This document shows positions 62,553-64,000 of a stretch of DNA of 64,000 nucleotides, one piece after another. Where the stretch lies: the IMG/VR virus record IMGVR_UViG_3300025708_000007, positions 1-64,000 of that record, one strand, 5' to 3'. How positions within the stretch are numbered: position 1 is the first letter of the stretch; each line of letters opens with the position of its first letter. The stretch is from a virus (lineage: Duplodnaviria > Caudoviricetes). Both the position numbers and the translations under genes were made by a program. The notes under the pieces are model-generated. The model searched no databases and was not told where the DNA came from. It saw only the letters and a list, made by a program, of their open reading frames with translations.

Positions 62553-62714
62553 GGGGAGATAGGGTTATTTGGTAGACTCGTCAGTGTGAAAACTGAACTA
62601 CGAAAGTAGGTAGTCCTCATGAGGGTTGTTGTTAACGTGCGCACAATTCTAACAACGCTTCCACTGAATGTGAGTAATGACGAGAGGTTGGTGGTTCAAA
62701 TCCATCTCTCCCCA
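62553..62714 (+). ncRNA. tRNA scaffold carrying a ~100-nt structured insert
   Basis: GGGGAGA/TCTCCCC acceptor, D-arm, T-arm GGTGG-TTCAAAT-CCATC; no 7-nt anticodon loop. Confidence 0.6.
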
Positions 62715-62761
62715 CCGCAACGGTTCGCACTACACGGTGATTAACGAGGAAGTGCAAAATT

Positions 62762-62835
62762 GTTGGGTAGTTTACAATGGGCAAAACGTCTGCCATGCGC
62801 AGGTGGACAAGAGGGTTCAAATCCTTCTCCAACAG
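62762..62835 (+). ncRNA. tRNA-like RNA with non-canonical anticodon arm
   Basis: good acceptor, D- and T-arms; middle arm folds as 7 bp + ATGCGCA loop or 5 bp + 5-nt loop. Confidence 0.5.
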
Positions 62836-63000
62836 CAATTAAGAACTGGTCGCACGGGTGTTTGTCCTAACCAGAAAAACATTGTTCACCGAATAGGTGA
62901 GTATCCGAAAGTGGGCGATTCGGAGTGTGAAAATTTTTTATAGGTCGGGTCACAGAGGGCGTGGCTTGGGTAACTGTCTCACAAGGCATCCTGTAAATAC

Positions 63001-63073
63001 GGTGCGGTAGCTCAGTTGGTAGAGCAATGGACTGAAAATCCATGTGTCGGCAGTTCGATTCTGCCCCGTACCA
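63001..63073 (+). tRNA. tRNA-Phe(GAA)
   Basis: ATGGA-CTGAAAA-TCCAT. Confidence 0.95.
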
Positions 63074-63118
63074 CCCCCATCCATGCGGTTCGCACTACAC
63101 GAAGTAGGAAGTGCAAAT

Positions 63119-63191
63119 GCAGGAATAACTCAATTGGCAGAGCGTCAGCCTTCCAAGCTGAAAGTTGCGGGTTCGAATCCCGCTTCCTGCT
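63119..63191 (+). tRNA. tRNA-Gly(TCC)
   Basis: TCAGC-CTTCCAA-GCTGA; U73. Confidence 0.95.
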
Positions 63192-63245
63192 CAAAATGGG
63201 TCTGAGGGAGTCCCTTAAAGGTATAAATAACCTGTCCCTCTCCAT

Positions 63246-63319
63246 AGTGGTGTAGCTCAATTGGTTAGAGCACTCGGCTTATACCCAAGAGGTTGGGGGT
63301 TCAAGTCCCTTCACCACTA
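63246..63319 (+). tRNA. tRNA-Ile(TAT)
   Basis: loop CTTATAC; A73. Confidence 0.85.
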
Positions 63320-63456
63320 CAAACGCAGTGCTCACAGTCTCGCAAACTGTTATAAAGGAGTAGTTAAACCCGAAATCGGTTCTCGAAATCGGCTGCGTTT
63401 TATTTTTTTGGTTAACAATTTGTGTTAACCACGTATTTATGCATAAATTGTATTTT

Positions 63457-63801
63457 ATGATTAAAGAATGTAAAAAACATGGGTTAACTGAATTTAGTTG
63501 TGTTGGAAATGGTAATGGCACAAAAAGATGGCGATGCAAAAAATGTGTTGTTGATGCAGTAACCAAAAGACGAAGAGTTTTAAAAGAAAAAGCAGTTGCA
63601 TATAAAGGTGGAAAATGTGAAAAGTGTGGATATGATAAATATATTGGAGCACTTGAATTTCATCATCCTGAAAATAATAAAGAATTTGGAATCGGTCAAA
63701 AAGGATATACAAAAAGTTGGGAAGCAATAAAAAAAGAATTGGATAAATGTATGCTTGTTTGTTCTAATTGTCATAAAGAAATTGCTGCTGGTATAATATA
63801 A
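63457..63801 (+). CDS. HNH homing endonuclease
   Basis: CEKCGYDKYIGALEFHHP...KCMLVCSNCHKEI; paralog of 61360..61953. Confidence 0.88.
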   Translation: MIKECKKHGLTEFSCVGNGNGTKRWRCKKCVVDAVTKRRRVLKEKAVAYKGGKCEKCGYDKYIGALEFHHPENNKEFGIGQKGYTKSWEAIKKELDKCMLVCSNCHKEIAAGII

Positions 63802-63875
63802 GCTTCGGTAGCTCAGTTGGTAGTAGCATCTGACTGTTAATCAGAGGGTCGCAGGTTCAAGTCCTGCCCGGAGCG
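63802..63875 (+). tRNA. tRNA-Asn(GTT)
   Basis: TCTGA-CTGTTAA-TCAGA; G73. Confidence 0.95.
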
Positions 63876-64000
63876 CAAAAAAGATTTGGAATCATCATTT
63901 TAATTATTATCTTTGTTTTTTAATTTTTATAAAATGTACGAATATCCAAAGCTTAGTGAACGGTACTTTTTCTGGAAAAGATTGTATCAAAAATTGAAAA

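Larger units (their letters stand above)
62513..63117 (+). repeat. three copies of spacer motif CGGTTCGCACTACACG-N4..12-GGAAGTGCAAA
   Basis: copies at 62513-62551, 62721-62758, 63086-63117. Confidence 0.85.

Noticed and set aside
62580-62690. Group I intron in the tRNA-like gene
   Set aside because: The insert is ~100 nt, lacks recognisable P/Q/R/S elements, and its removal does not obviously restore a 7-nt anticodon loop.
62513-63117. Three-copy repeat as a CRISPR array
   Set aside because: Spacing is irregular (about 170 and 330 nt), the intervening sequences are tRNAs, the repeat has a variable core, and no cas genes are present.
1-64000. Stop-codon reassignment as in some jumbo phages
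   Set aside because: Long genes are intact under the standard code, TAG and TGA are used as stops, and no CTA/TCA/TTA suppressor anticodon was found; tRNA-Ser(TGA) is a normal serine anticodon.
1-64000. Bacterial chromosome or prophage origin
   Set aside because: There is no integrase, rRNA or host housekeeping synteny; the T4-like head module plus tRNA arrays indicate a large lytic-type phage.

Overview
A gene-dense, AT-rich segment of a large T4-superfamily-like (jumbo) tailed phage read in the standard genetic code. The host is very likely a Bacteroidota, because five promoters match the phylum-specific TTTG-N19-TAnnTTTG consensus. The first ~33 kb holds thyA, an SF1 helicase and a head module: neck-like proteins, major capsid protein, scaffold, prohead protease, portal, terminase and a 1.7-kaa GH25-tipped structural protein. 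The last ~30 kb holds four tRNA operons (about 38 canonical or near-canonical tRNAs), a tmRNA, many tRNA-like or structured non-coding elements, free-standing homing endonucleases, an RNA ligase, a Mom-like gene, two peptidases and a class II ribonucleotide reductase. Top finding: each tRNA operon is preceded by a host-type promoter, a short unannotated leader ORF enriched in the amino acids (and codons) served by the downstream tRNAs, and a mutually exclusive antiterminator/terminator pair. This looks like ribosome-mediated attenuation that lets the phage sense charged-tRNA shortage and switch on the matching tRNA genes. Other highlights are a shared N-terminal KQRLFEVM...LNE leader on at least 7 unrelated late proteins (candidate capsid-targeting signal), a 94-aa mini-paralog of part of the major capsid protein, a duplicated 93-nt covarying ncRNA, and tRNAs with swapped variable-arm classes. 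All calls are from manual motif reading; no database searches or folding programs were run.
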